In this document: one piece after another, positions 43,643 through 50,642 of the stretch
Position numbering within the stretch: position 1 is the stretch's first letter
Layout of the letters: each line of letters begins with the position of its first letter
Assembly (NCBI GenBank): GCA_951406725.2
Contig: OX597822.1
Coordinates: forward strand, 60,202,001 to 60,266,000
Direction: 5' to 3'
Source: Octopus vulgaris
Lineage: Eukaryota
DNA length: 64,000 bases
Made by a program: the position numbers and the translations under genes
Notes under the pieces: model-generated
Told to the model about the DNA's origin: nothing
Databases searched by the model: none
Seen by the model: the letters and a program-made list of their open reading frames with translations, nothing else

Positions 43643-44052
43643 TATATATGTGTGTTTGTGTTTGTCCCCCCAACATCGCTTGACAACCGATGCTGGTGTG
43701 TTTACGTCCCCGTAACTTAGCGGTTCAGCAAAAGATATTGATAGAATAAATACTAGGCTTACAAAGAATAAGTCCTGGGGTTGCTTTGCTTGACTAAAGG
43801 CGGTGCTGCAGCATGGCCACAGTCAAATGATGGAAACAAGTAAAAAGAGTAAAGAGTATAATTAGTCCTTTTAATTAGATTCCTAATGTGTCACCTTGTT
43901 TCTTTCAGGCTGTTGTTTCCCGTTCACAGAAACAGAAGTACAAAGACCCTGTGATAAGCACTGCCAAACTAAACTTGATTCGCTTCATTAAATACAAGTC
44001 CTCACTCGGTGCTTCTACTTCTCAACAGACAACTGAATCTTGTAACAAATAA
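1116..44052 (+). CDS. HEATR3: HEAT repeat-containing protein 3 (Syo1/symportin-like, 5S RNP ribosomal protein import chaperone); 16 coding exons, 5' part outside window
   Basis: Sixteen AG/GT-bounded exons with compatible phases sum to 1671 nt, one open frame ending in TAA. Peptides LWNLCENSETAVQIFNKE, AHCLHTVTDSNPE, AQQLAVEIAANLCSE, YLEAVSSAL, VVAEALDAIFDIFAE and KLNLIRFIKY follow vertebrate HEATR3 motifs as I recall them (LWNICECSSRAVSIFNKE, AYCLQTVTEDNPE, AQQTALEIIVNMCCNE, FLEAISSAL, VAGEALDALFDVFAD, KMNLRRFIAY), in the same order. Confidence 0.93.
1400..1509 (+). CDS. HEATR3: HEATR3 exon (CENSETAVQIFNKEKLAHPLVYCLNPSIYGYPLVLAV)
   Basis: ttacag acceptor, gtaagt donor, HEATR3-like motif. 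Confidence 0.92.
2900..3300 (-). mobile_element. Repeat family B; near-identical long copy at 5563-6020, partial copy at 2630-2790
   Basis: catcatttaacgtccgttttccatgctagcatgggttggac...ctggatgcccttcct..gcc.accactcc. Confidence 0.85.
3430..4220. mobile_element. Penelope-like element 3' end arranged as an inverted repeat
   Basis: 3430-3830 is largely the reverse complement of 3855-4220. The right arm reads, across one frameshift, WDEVKIIDR/HHWKIRKLKEAAHILGHNYFLNKPSADMSRIWEPVLRK, resembling the PLE GIY-YIG C-terminus. Confidence 0.75.
4552..4695 (+). CDS. HEATR3: HEATR3 exon (AHCLHTVTDSNPEV...SSMDALLLRAVAA)
   Basis: tatcag acceptor, gtatgt donor, phase 1/1. Confidence 0.92.
5563..6020 (-). mobile_element. 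Repeat family B
   Basis: Family consensus. Confidence 0.85.
6617..7000 (-). mobile_element. SINE family A, full length
   Basis: Same family, from tail (ctcttttacttgtttcagtcatttgactg) to head. Confidence 0.9.
7830..8150 (+). mobile_element. SINE family A with internal deletion
   Basis: A-box- and B-box-like head, GTAAAAGAG tail. Confidence 0.88.
8486..8905 (-). mobile_element. SINE family A
   Basis: Family consensus, with a short duplication of the head. Confidence 0.88.
9255..9640 (-). mobile_element. SINE family A
   Basis: Family consensus. Confidence 0.88.
11069..11214 (+). CDS. HEATR3: HEATR3 exon (GLLVNVFGDQLSTAS...EADKVVALQ)
   Basis: ttatag acceptor, gttagc donor, phase 1/0, open frame. 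Confidence 0.85.
11290..11560 (+). mobile_element. Decayed RTE-clade LINE C-terminal fragment
   Basis: LQWSGHVVRMEESK and RYKNQLKITLK...FETQA peptides. Confidence 0.6.
11570..12395 (+). mobile_element. 5'-truncated CR1/L2-group LINE (RT C-terminus plus 3' UTR)
   Basis: YIAMVRPHLEFASPVWNPY..QQRTTKRIP; 3' end ttgtggtgcacctgagcactgtat..(att)n; same family as 22784-23872. Tail-only copies at ~20530-20660(-) and ~34450-34552(+). Confidence 0.9.
13015..13450 (-). mobile_element. Two family B copies
   Basis: Family consensus at ~13015-13200 and ~13252-13450. Confidence 0.8.
13924..13968 (+). CDS. HEATR3: HEATR3 45-nt micro-exon (VTDVLDEAMMPMAEV)
   Basis: T-rich tract plus tgtag acceptor, gtaagt donor, phase 0/0; no homology support. 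Confidence 0.65.
15226..15450 (+). mobile_element. SINE family C (tRNA-like head, core GCCTTTCATCCTTTCGGGGTCGATAAATTAAGTACCAG); other copies ~1830-2030(-), 10185-10420(-), 14790-14980, 16345-16560, 26200-26370, 28350-28565, 28778-28980, 29863-30050, 34882-35097, 35324-35533, 42372-42580
   Basis: AGCTGGCAGAA A-box-like and GAGTTCAAATTCC B-box-like motifs; more than 12 dispersed copies. Confidence 0.85.
15797..16168 (+). mobile_element. Non-autonomous Helitron
   Basis: 5' TC..., 3' hairpin cccgagcaacgccggg, then ...CTAG|T. Confidence 0.8.
17044..17097 (+). CDS. HEATR3: HEATR3 54-nt micro-exon (SNGTTSEAGIEMLDVNNQ)
   Basis: T-rich tract plus ttacag acceptor, gtaaga donor, phase 0/0. Confidence 0.65.
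19039..19080 (+). CDS. HEATR3: HEATR3 42-nt micro-exon (TNGTTEKVEPTVDK)
   Basis: ttgcag acceptor, aag|gtgaga donor, phase 0/0. Confidence 0.65.
19270..19565 (+). mobile_element. Repeat family B
   Basis: Ends cccatgccagcatggaaagcggacattaaac...gatgatgat. Confidence 0.85.
19774..20490 (+). mobile_element. Mariner transposon remnant (5' TIR plus decayed transposase)
   Basis: ta-ttgggtcatcccataaataatg start; MEVTKGYIWHILLYELNKGNNATES and PFLDWIVTGDEKWVFYKN. Confidence 0.88.
21063..21208. mobile_element. Tc1/pogo-type MITE
   Basis: ta|ctgtaaatcgtcgagtata ... tatactcgaggatttatgg|ta TIRs. Confidence 0.75.
21787..21985. mobile_element. Two SINE family A 5' fragments in opposite orientation
   Basis: A + strand head fragment is fused to a - strand head half. 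Confidence 0.75.
22582..22675 (+). CDS. HEATR3: HEATR3 exon (TTEINKIVANAETFLKAQQLAVEIAANLCSE)
   Basis: tcatag acceptor, gtaagt donor, conserved AQQxAxEIxxNxC motif. Confidence 0.92.
22784..23872 (-). mobile_element. 5'-truncated CR1/L2-group LINE with an open 327-aa RT fragment
   Basis: ORF 22870-23853 has SGVPQGSVLGPLLF, YADD, ERDLG and VRPHLEF motifs; (ATT)n tail. Confidence 0.95.
24670..25072 (+). mobile_element. SINE family A, full-length young copy
   Basis: tggctgtgtgg (A box), ggttcggttcc (B box), tail ggcggtgctccagcatggccgcagtcacatgactgaaacaagtaaaagag. Confidence 0.92.
25228..25322 (+). CDS. HEATR3: HEATR3 exon, acidic loop (DDDYEVGSEESMSSDEVVCDVDMETNESSSVL)
   Basis: ttccag acceptor, gtaagt donor; acidic segment at the position of the HEATR3/Syo1 acidic loop. 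Confidence 0.9.
26630..27466 (-). mobile_element. Internally deleted mariner transposon
   Basis: Imperfect TIRs (aagggggtacccccaaaa / ttttgggtacctcctca); MKFCFLLGKTMAETVAMLKTTYKDAAMSKTQVYKWF HTH region; VITGDES on the - strand. Confidence 0.85.
27711..27773 (+). CDS. HEATR3: HEATR3 exon (SPCCLPSELHHCFVKFDILNH)
   Basis: atctag acceptor, gtaagt donor; resembles SPLCLSHEIH. Confidence 0.88.
28243..28319 (+). CDS. HEATR3: HEATR3 exon (VLKKVECPPLSTSCPLNTPNKRIAK)
   Basis: aactag acceptor, weak gtttgt donor; phase 0/2 is what is needed to join the flanking exons. Confidence 0.75.
29010..29500. repeat. Unclassified insertion between (ATT)n tracts
   Basis: ~500-bp block, more GC-rich than the intron, flanked by ATT repeats; single copy in this window. 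Confidence 0.4.
29515..29792 (+). mobile_element. Repeat family B
   Basis: Family consensus, followed by (ATT)n. Confidence 0.85.
30059..30380 (+). mobile_element. Helentron-associated (HINE/DINE-like) element
   Basis: tacctctacc..ggcagaggta start, (TTTG)n, ggatttggatgaaacttt, 3' ggcataggtt plus gctctctgagtgc hairpin. Confidence 0.6.
31264..31400 (+). CDS. HEATR3: HEATR3 exon (CLFQLRVHALLSAANMISSLSIETIGGIERLHSIWTGLVRMCHMKQ)
   Basis: ttgtag acceptor, gtaaac donor. Confidence 0.9.
32383..33139. mobile_element. Tc1/pogo-type non-autonomous element
   Basis: ctgtaaaaacccgtgtaatttatgcac ... gtgcacaaattacatggatttttacag TIRs. Confidence 0.8.
33169..33420 (+). mobile_element. SINE family D (tRNA-like head, CORE-like block, GCGATGGACTGGCGTCCCATCCAG block); other copies ~9770-10000(-), 16570-16886(-), 34158-34405(-), 51275-51540(-), 51826-52145(-), 57760-57960(+)
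   Basis: GGCTTAGTGGTTAGGG A box, GGTTTCGATTCC B box, multiple dispersed copies with variable middle and tail. Confidence 0.82.
34596..34690 (+). CDS. HEATR3: HEATR3 exon (DSEINCDVDYLEAVSSALSAVAQKFAECKTIK)
   Basis: gacag acceptor with an in-frame alternative cag 6 nt downstream, gtgagt donor. Confidence 0.9.
34797..35715. mobile_element. Tc1-like MITE containing three nested SINEs (C, B, C)
   Basis: cagggtaggccaaaaatcacgcac ... gtgcatgacttttggcttaccctg TIRs. Confidence 0.78.
36455..36930 (+). mobile_element. SINE family A, diverged; a 3' half of another old copy is at ~27860-28100
   Basis: Diverged family consensus with expanded (TA)n. Confidence 0.8.
37375..37722 (+). mobile_element. Repeat family B; further copies ~35105-35315 (+), 40143-40440 (-), 44587-44950 (-), 48834-48995 (-)
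   Basis: Family consensus. Confidence 0.85.
38547..38696 (+). CDS. HEATR3: HEATR3 exon (LADIMSPESMVLFEKMQESPNQQIRINSIRVLSSIGSTLLLNSSTHSELK)
   Basis: Pyrimidine tract plus tacaag acceptor, gtaact donor, phase 0/0. Confidence 0.85.
38756..38965 (+). repeat. C/T-rich low-complexity tract
   Basis: Degenerate (CCT/CTT)n just downstream of an exon donor. Confidence 0.85.
39701..39920. mobile_element. piggyBac-type MITE; other copies ~24370-24590 and ~5322-5487
   Basis: TTAA|CCC ... (A/G)GG|TTAA ends and a shared internal sequence in three copies. Confidence 0.72.
40746..40919 (+). CDS. HEATR3: HEATR3 exon (PIGIALMNIACQDKSLHVVAEALDAIFDIFAED...LKGN)
   Basis: ttgcag acceptor, gtaagt donor, strongly conserved EALDAxFDxFA motif. 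Confidence 0.95.
41010..41405 (-). mobile_element. SINE family A, diverged
   Basis: Family consensus. Confidence 0.85.
41926..42317 (-). mobile_element. SINE family A, young copy
   Basis: Family consensus. Confidence 0.9.
42606..43010 (+). mobile_element. SINE family A
   Basis: Family consensus. Confidence 0.9.
43439..43858 (+). mobile_element. SINE family A
   Basis: Family consensus; ends ~50 nt before the last exon acceptor. Confidence 0.9.
43909..44052 (+). CDS. HEATR3: HEATR3 last coding exon (AVVSRSQKQKYKDPVISTAKLNLIRFIKYK...CNK*)
   Basis: tttcag acceptor, NLxRFIxY C-terminal motif, TAA stop. Confidence 0.92.
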   Translation, partial: AVVSRSQKQKYKDPVISTAKLNLIRFIKYKSSLGASTSQQTTESCNK

Positions 44053-44053
44053 A
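44048..44053 (+). promoter_or_regulatory. AATAAA polyadenylation signal candidate overlapping the HEATR3 stop codon
   Basis: ...aacaAATAAAtcttttttgctc, followed by T/GT-rich sequence. Confidence 0.35.
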
Positions 44054-45663
44054 TCTTTTTTGCTCAATTTATTCTAATTTTGTTCAGTCTTATAATTTGC
44101 TGCTCTTTTTTAAAAATATTTGTTGATGTTTCTTCGTGTTACTATAAAAAGCAAATTGTGTATGTTAATATATTTAACTAATATTGTAGTTATGTTGCTA
44201 TGCTAAAGTGGTACTATTTAGCTACTCTGTAACAGTACTAGATGCACACTACCTATCCATAACTGGAAATCTTTCTACCAGCATTGGCACAATGAAAGAT
44301 AAGTCTAGAGAGATTGCGGAGATGCTAGAACAAAATAGATGTGTGCAGTGTGCAAGGGACAAGTTGTAGAGGAATCAAAGCTAGATTTTTCATGGATTAA
44401 GAACATAAGTACAAATTCTTATTGTTGATAGAGAAATTAATTGATATAGTGAGAGCACATGATAAAATAATTAAGTTGAAGCTGATCATAGGCAATGTAA
44501 TTGCAACTATTACTCCTGATTATGTACCTCAATTAGGACTCACAAATAAACAAAAGGAATTATTTATGTTTCAACTACAAATAATGTCATCATCATCATC
44601 GTTTAACATCCGCTTTCCATGCTAGCATGGGTTGGACGATTTGACTGAGGACTGGCGAACCAGATGGCTGCACCAGGCTCCAATCTTGATCTGACAGAGT
44701 TTCTACAGCTGGATGCCCTTCTTAACGCCAACCACTCCAAGAGTGTAGCGGGTGCTTTTACGTGCCACCGGCATGAAGGCCAGTCAGGCAGTACGGGCAA
44801 CAGCCACGCTCAAATAGTGTTTTTTACGTGCCAACTGTACATGAGCCAGTCCAGCTGCTCTGGCAACGACCTTGCTTGAATGTTTTTCCACATGCCAGTT
44901 AGGCGACGCTGGTAACGATCACGCTCAAATGGTGCTCTTAGTGCTCCACTAATGGACATATTAGGGTACACTATGATGGCTACTCTTGTGTATGTAGAGG
45001 CTGCAGTTATGGTACAAACAATGGGGTAGGGTCAAAATTCCTGGACTTCTTGATGCAAATGCAAAATATCAACTTTGGGAAACCTACCTGCTCATTGATC
45101 ATTTACCATTATTCTGGTGAATATGCAAGCCAGGTGAATTTCATTCTCATCAGAAAACAGGATTTAAAGATGATCGTGAATATTAGGTTACTCTCCAGTG
45201 AAGAATGTATCCACCATGAACTACTGTTTTGTGGCTTCAGGATAAGGGCTAAATACTGAGAGGTAAAGATGGTCTGGAGAATCTTCTAGATGAGGAGAAG
45301 ATAGAGAACAGCCAGTAGTTTCTGCAAGATAACCAGCTGTGAACCACGGACGAGATTGGAGTAAAGCATTAACCAGACGGAAGGTGACGACGTGGTGGTG
45401 AAATAGTATGAAAGCTACAATCATAAAAGCTAAGAGGCCAATCTGTGCAAGAACAAAGAGCATTCCAGACAGAAGATGATATTGTGATGAAATGATATTG
45501 TAAATAGAGTAATAAAAGCTAAGGACCAGAAAGAATGGTAAAAAGTGGAGAGGCAAGGAATTTCCTTAAATGGCTAAGAGAAGCTGAAAGTAAGCTATTC
45601 GCTACAGTTCTGCGTTGAGAGGATCAGCGGCACACTGTATTTTGAATTGCAAAGTAGTGTGAA

Positions 45664-46045
45664 CTAGCAGTATAACCTGGCCTTGTCCGGGATTAAGTTA
45701 CAATTATTAAGCTAATCAAGTTCTTTATTTCAAACCAAACTAAGTAATAAAGACGTCAAATTTGGACGAAATCCGTTGAAATTAGTTATATTATATATAT
45801 AATATAATATAAATATATATGGGCAACAGACACGAACACGCATACACACACGTACGTACGTACACCTATTGCATGTTTTGTGCACGCATACATGTTCATA
45901 AACAGAAATGAATGGAAAGAATATTGTTAAATTTGTAGATTAACACTCGCACGATTTTCACTAAAGTATATATACTATGATTATAAAATATAGTGTCTTT
46001 CAAAAACAAAAACATTTTACATTTTTTTTTATGAACGTCATAACT

Positions 46046-46094
<49 letters not shown>

Positions 46095-46585
46095 TCTCTC
46101 ACATTGTCTTTCCCGTGAAACTCTCTGCCTCCTTCTTCCACTTTTCTTTATCTTTTTTTTTTTTTGTTAGACGCTGGCAAGAACGTTGTCATTTAATCTC
46201 TGTCTCCCCCTCTCTCACTTTGTCTTTCCCGTGAAACTCTGCCTCCTTCCACTTTTCGTTATCTTGTCATTTAATCTCTGTCTCTCCCTTTGTCTTTCCC
46301 GTGAAACTCTCTGCCTCCTTCTTCCACTTTTCTTTATCTTTTTTTTTTTGTTAGACGCCATCAAAAGAGCCATGGCTGATATTTTTCGTGGCTAAGAGCT
46401 ATGTCTGAAAATAGATATTTACGCTACCCACGGGTGCCTCGGGGGAAAAATAAGTTGACAAAACCCAGATAGGATGTTGACAAATGTCCTCCTAAAATTG
46501 GAGCGACATGCGTGCTAATTTGTGGACGTGCATAAATTACAATCACGTACACACACATGCACACACATCCTCCCTTTCATAGATA
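45664..46585 (-). mobile_element. Non-autonomous Helitron-like element with internal tandem duplications and (CT)n
   Basis: ctagcagtataacctggccttgtccggg end; three copies of ttgtctttcccgtgaaactct..gcctcctt at 46100-46350. Confidence 0.6.
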
Positions 46586-47021
46586 TGAGGAAGACATTGG
46601 AAATAGTGCATTAGAAATGACTGATGCGCTTACTCTCATCAACGCTGAGAAGAAAGTTGCTTGGAAATGTTACAAGAGGTTGCTGCATGTGGAGAATTTC
46701 AGGAAGAAGGAGGCACTAAATAGATTCAACTGAAGGAGTAGCTAATAATGTTGACCACTGCATGGTTGAGAGTGAGATTAAGGACATGAATTCCGGTAAA
46801 GCTGTCAGACCACCTGGGAAAGTCCCTGGGACGGTGAAAATATTCGGCGAAGTAGAACTCAGGCAAACTGTTCGCACAATCAATCAGGTAGTAAAGGGTG
46901 GTGTCATATCCATTGATTGGCATTACAGTATTAATCAACTGAATGCGTAATGTTGGTGTGCATGAACGATGAAGCACAAGTAATCTAAGAGCAAAGCTGA
47001 ACCTAAAAGCAATCAAATATA

Positions 47022-47518
47022 CAGTGATCCCTCGCTATTTCGCGGTTCAACTATCGCGGATTCACGACTTCGCGGATTTTTAATATATATATATATGAAC
47101 GCCTAAAATTTTTCATTAAATCCATTAAAATAGTAATAATAAATATTATTTCTTAGTCTAGGAGCAACAAAACAAGCGTAAAATAGCCAAAAAGCATATA
47201 CAGAGGTATCTGAACTTAAGATGGGCTGTGATTGGTGCAATGGAGAGAGACGACGAATCTCAGTTTTCTATTTTGTAATCTGGTCTGTGTAACAGTAACA
47301 ATCGATATTTTTCTAAATCTAAAGTGTTATTGCTTAACAGTTGTCCTTGTTATTAATAGACTACTGTAATGGGTGGATTGTTAACAGTACAGGGAGGGTT
47401 TTAAAAGTCCAAATACACGTTAAATAAATACTGTAAATATGGTGTCCCTACTTCGCGGAAATTCAGTTATCGCGGCCGGTCTCGGAACCAATCTACCGCG
47501 ATAAACGAGGGATCACTA
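47022..47518. mobile_element. Tigger/pogo-like MITE
   Basis: ta|CAGTGATCCCTCG ... CGAGGGATCACT TIRs, inserted inside the RTE. Confidence 0.85.
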
Positions 47519-48791
47519 ATGTGCAAAAAGGGAGATTGTAATGGTGCAGACATGCAACTCAAATGGACGATAGCAGTTTTGTAAAAAGCGCTGGAAGATT
47601 CACGTGGAAAGAAATTGTAGAAAGAGAAGACAAATGAAAATATTGTAGAAAAGCGGAAGCTGATATAAAAAAATTGAGGAAAGCTGAAACTCGTGAATGA
47701 AGCGACAAGGACATGAGTAATAAGTTGTTGTGTTGGTGAAGATTGGTCCAAGAATGGAAAAACGGATGTAAAAGTGATGACAACGATAAGCTATTCTGTA
47801 ATTGGGCTATTTAATTAATTTGGTAGTTACTCTAATTGCACTTGTTAACTGTCACATGTAATTTCACTTAATTTCTATTAGCATGGCTAAAAAAGATAAA
47901 ATAATAATAATTGCATCGAACCAGCACAGTTATAGTTTACATAAAGAGAATGGTAGGTTGGCAGAAACTGTGGGACACTGGGTTAAAGGTATCAAACTAT
48001 ATACTTTCGTTACGTTTACGATCTGAGTTCAAGTTCAGTCGGGGTTGGCTTTGTTTTTGTCCTGAATCAAAGTACGTCACTGCTTCACATTGATTCAGTT
48101 CACTCATACGGAAATGAGTATCTAACGTTGCATCCCGAGGGAAGTCTTTTGCTCCCAGTAGCTTAAACATGATTGGCATAAACTCCGGTCTAATGGGCCT
48201 TTAGGTTCGAGATACTAACTTTATACGTCACTTTGGAATAAATAGATATTTTATATCATTAATGATAATAGATGTCATATGTCGCTATAGGATGGGATAG
48301 ATAAATATTGTATGTGGGCATGGTACAAAGTTCACATTTTAGATAAAGAATCTCAGCAATTAGAGACAATGTATTTAGTGGTAACTGGGAACATATTCTG
48401 GTAATTTCTGTACATAATACGACTTCCATCCGACTTAATCATTGTTAATGAGTTGAATACAAATTATGATTAGATTATAATATTCTGATACTCCAGTAAC
48501 AAAATTATTAGGAAGAACATTTTATCTTGATGTGTGTGCAACAAACAACTTGTAGCACACGGAGAATACTGCCCTATACTTAGTCTGGTACTAATTTTAT
48601 CGATCTGTATTTATTAAACGGCTGAGTTTTGCCATGAGTTATGACTATATTTTAAAGATACTTTAGTCTGTTGAGGTGTTAGGATGTAAATCACACAAGT
48701 AATTTACTGGGACACTACATACACACATACATACATACATATATACATACATACATACATACATACATACATACATACATACATACACACA

Positions 48792-48822
<31 letters not shown>

Positions 48823-50265
48823 GTGCATGCATGCATCATCATCATCATCGTTTAACGTCCGTTTTCCATGCTAGCATGGGTTGGACGGTTCGACCGGGGT
48901 CTAGGAAGCCAGGAGGCTGCACCAGGCTCCAGTCTGATCTGGCAGTGTTTCTACAGCTGGATGCCCTTCCAAACGCCAATCACTCCGTGAGTGTATTGTT
49001 ATATCGCAGCAATGGTGCAGGGAACTGCCGAAATCATGATCTTCAGTTGACATCTTATGAAAAGAGTATCCTGTATCGTACAAAAAAGAATACGCTCATG
49101 CGCACACATACATGCGTACGCATGCGTATTCGCTACTCTGATTACTGGTTACTTCAAGACAGATGTAGCATATGTCATTCGCACTCAGAAGAAAAAGCTC
49201 CGAATGTGTAAAAACATTGTTGGGTCCAGGAATTTTAATGTTCTCAACAAAGTATAAAGGATAAATGAGGTCGACCTCCGCCGCTCTACCGTTTCTGTCA
49301 ATCCAGTAACGATAAGGTATAGATGAGGAACCTTGGAACACATTACAAAATAGCGGGTGAATAAGAATTAAGAATGGACAAACAAATAAGTTGGTATCAA
49401 GTATATGTCTCACAAGAGAGGCGAACATTTATGATCACACAAGGGACTGTCCTGATAACCAAGGGTTACCAAGGGCAGGTGTCCAATCCTAACTGTGGTC
49501 ACGATTCTATGGCTTACAAGATTCATCAGAAGAATGTTTATCTCCTGAAACGTCCTTTAACATCTTCAATGCTTCTAGATGAACATTCAATAGAGACTGT
49601 TTCGGTCTCAACAATATACCAAAGGTACAACTTCTTGGATTGTTACTTTGATTTATTTAATAGGTGTCAAACTTGCTTCATTTATATGTAGATGTGATTG
49701 ATCTTGGATTGGACTGTTACAAACTTTAACATAGTGTCCCAATATTATTCTTATCCAGTACACTATGAGAGCAAGTAATCAAATTGTTCAAAACATGGTG
49801 TTTTACAGATCGACATATGACATTAACACTTCGAATAAGTATTCTATCAGAAAATTCAAAAATCCATCTAATCCATATAAAAGACGTTTTAACCTCTTGA
49901 AGATATAAACTAAGAGGTTTAGCTCTCGTATTTAGAATAACATCTAACGAAGCATTCAACTCATTCTAGTACAGTATATATAGCTGAAAAGAAGCATTTT
50001 TGAGATGAACAGGAATATTGTATTATTATTTTTTTTTATGAACACTACAAAATTTATTCTTTGTAAGGATTTGGGTCATGATAAAAGATCATGGGAGACA
50101 AAAAGTGAACCCGATATGTATGAATGACTAACTGGTATAAAAACCTAGATACTCAGTTTTTATGTCAGCAAATTAGTCAGAACAAAATATACAAAGTGTA
50201 TTTAAATGCTACATTGACTTGCACCACGAGATTATACTCTCACTGACTATATTTAATCAACATTA

Positions 50266-50642
50266 AGGCGGCAAGCTGGCAGAAACGTTAGCACGGCGGG
50301 CGAAATACTTAGCGGTATTCCATCTCTCTTTGCGTTCTGAGTTCAAAATCCGCCGAGGTCGACTTTGCCTTTCATCCTTTCAGGGTCGATTAAATAAGTA
50401 CCAGTTACGCACTGGGGTCGATGTAATCGACTTAATCCGTTTGTCTGTCCTTGTTTGTCTTCTCTGTGTTTAACCCCTTGTGGGTAGTAAAGAAATAGGT
50501 ATTTCGTCTGCCGCTGCGTTCTGAGTTCAAATTCCGCCGAGGTCGACTTTGCCTTTCACCATTTCGGAGTTGATAAATCAAGTACCAGTTGCAACTGGCC
50601 CCATCCCGCAAAATTTTGGGCCTTGTACATAGAGTAGAAAAG
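50266..50642 (+). mobile_element. SINE family C, nested or dimeric CpG-rich copy
   Basis: Full copy followed by a second 3' portion. Confidence 0.85.

Larger units (their letters stand above)
44260..47790 (+). mobile_element. Heavily decayed RTE-clade LINE, interrupted by three later insertions
   Basis: IGTMKDKSREIAEMLE (EN start), SGEYASQVNFILIRK..HELL (EN end), IKDMNSGKA (linker), VQKGRL*W (RT C-terminus) and an RTE-type 3' tail. Confidence 0.75.
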
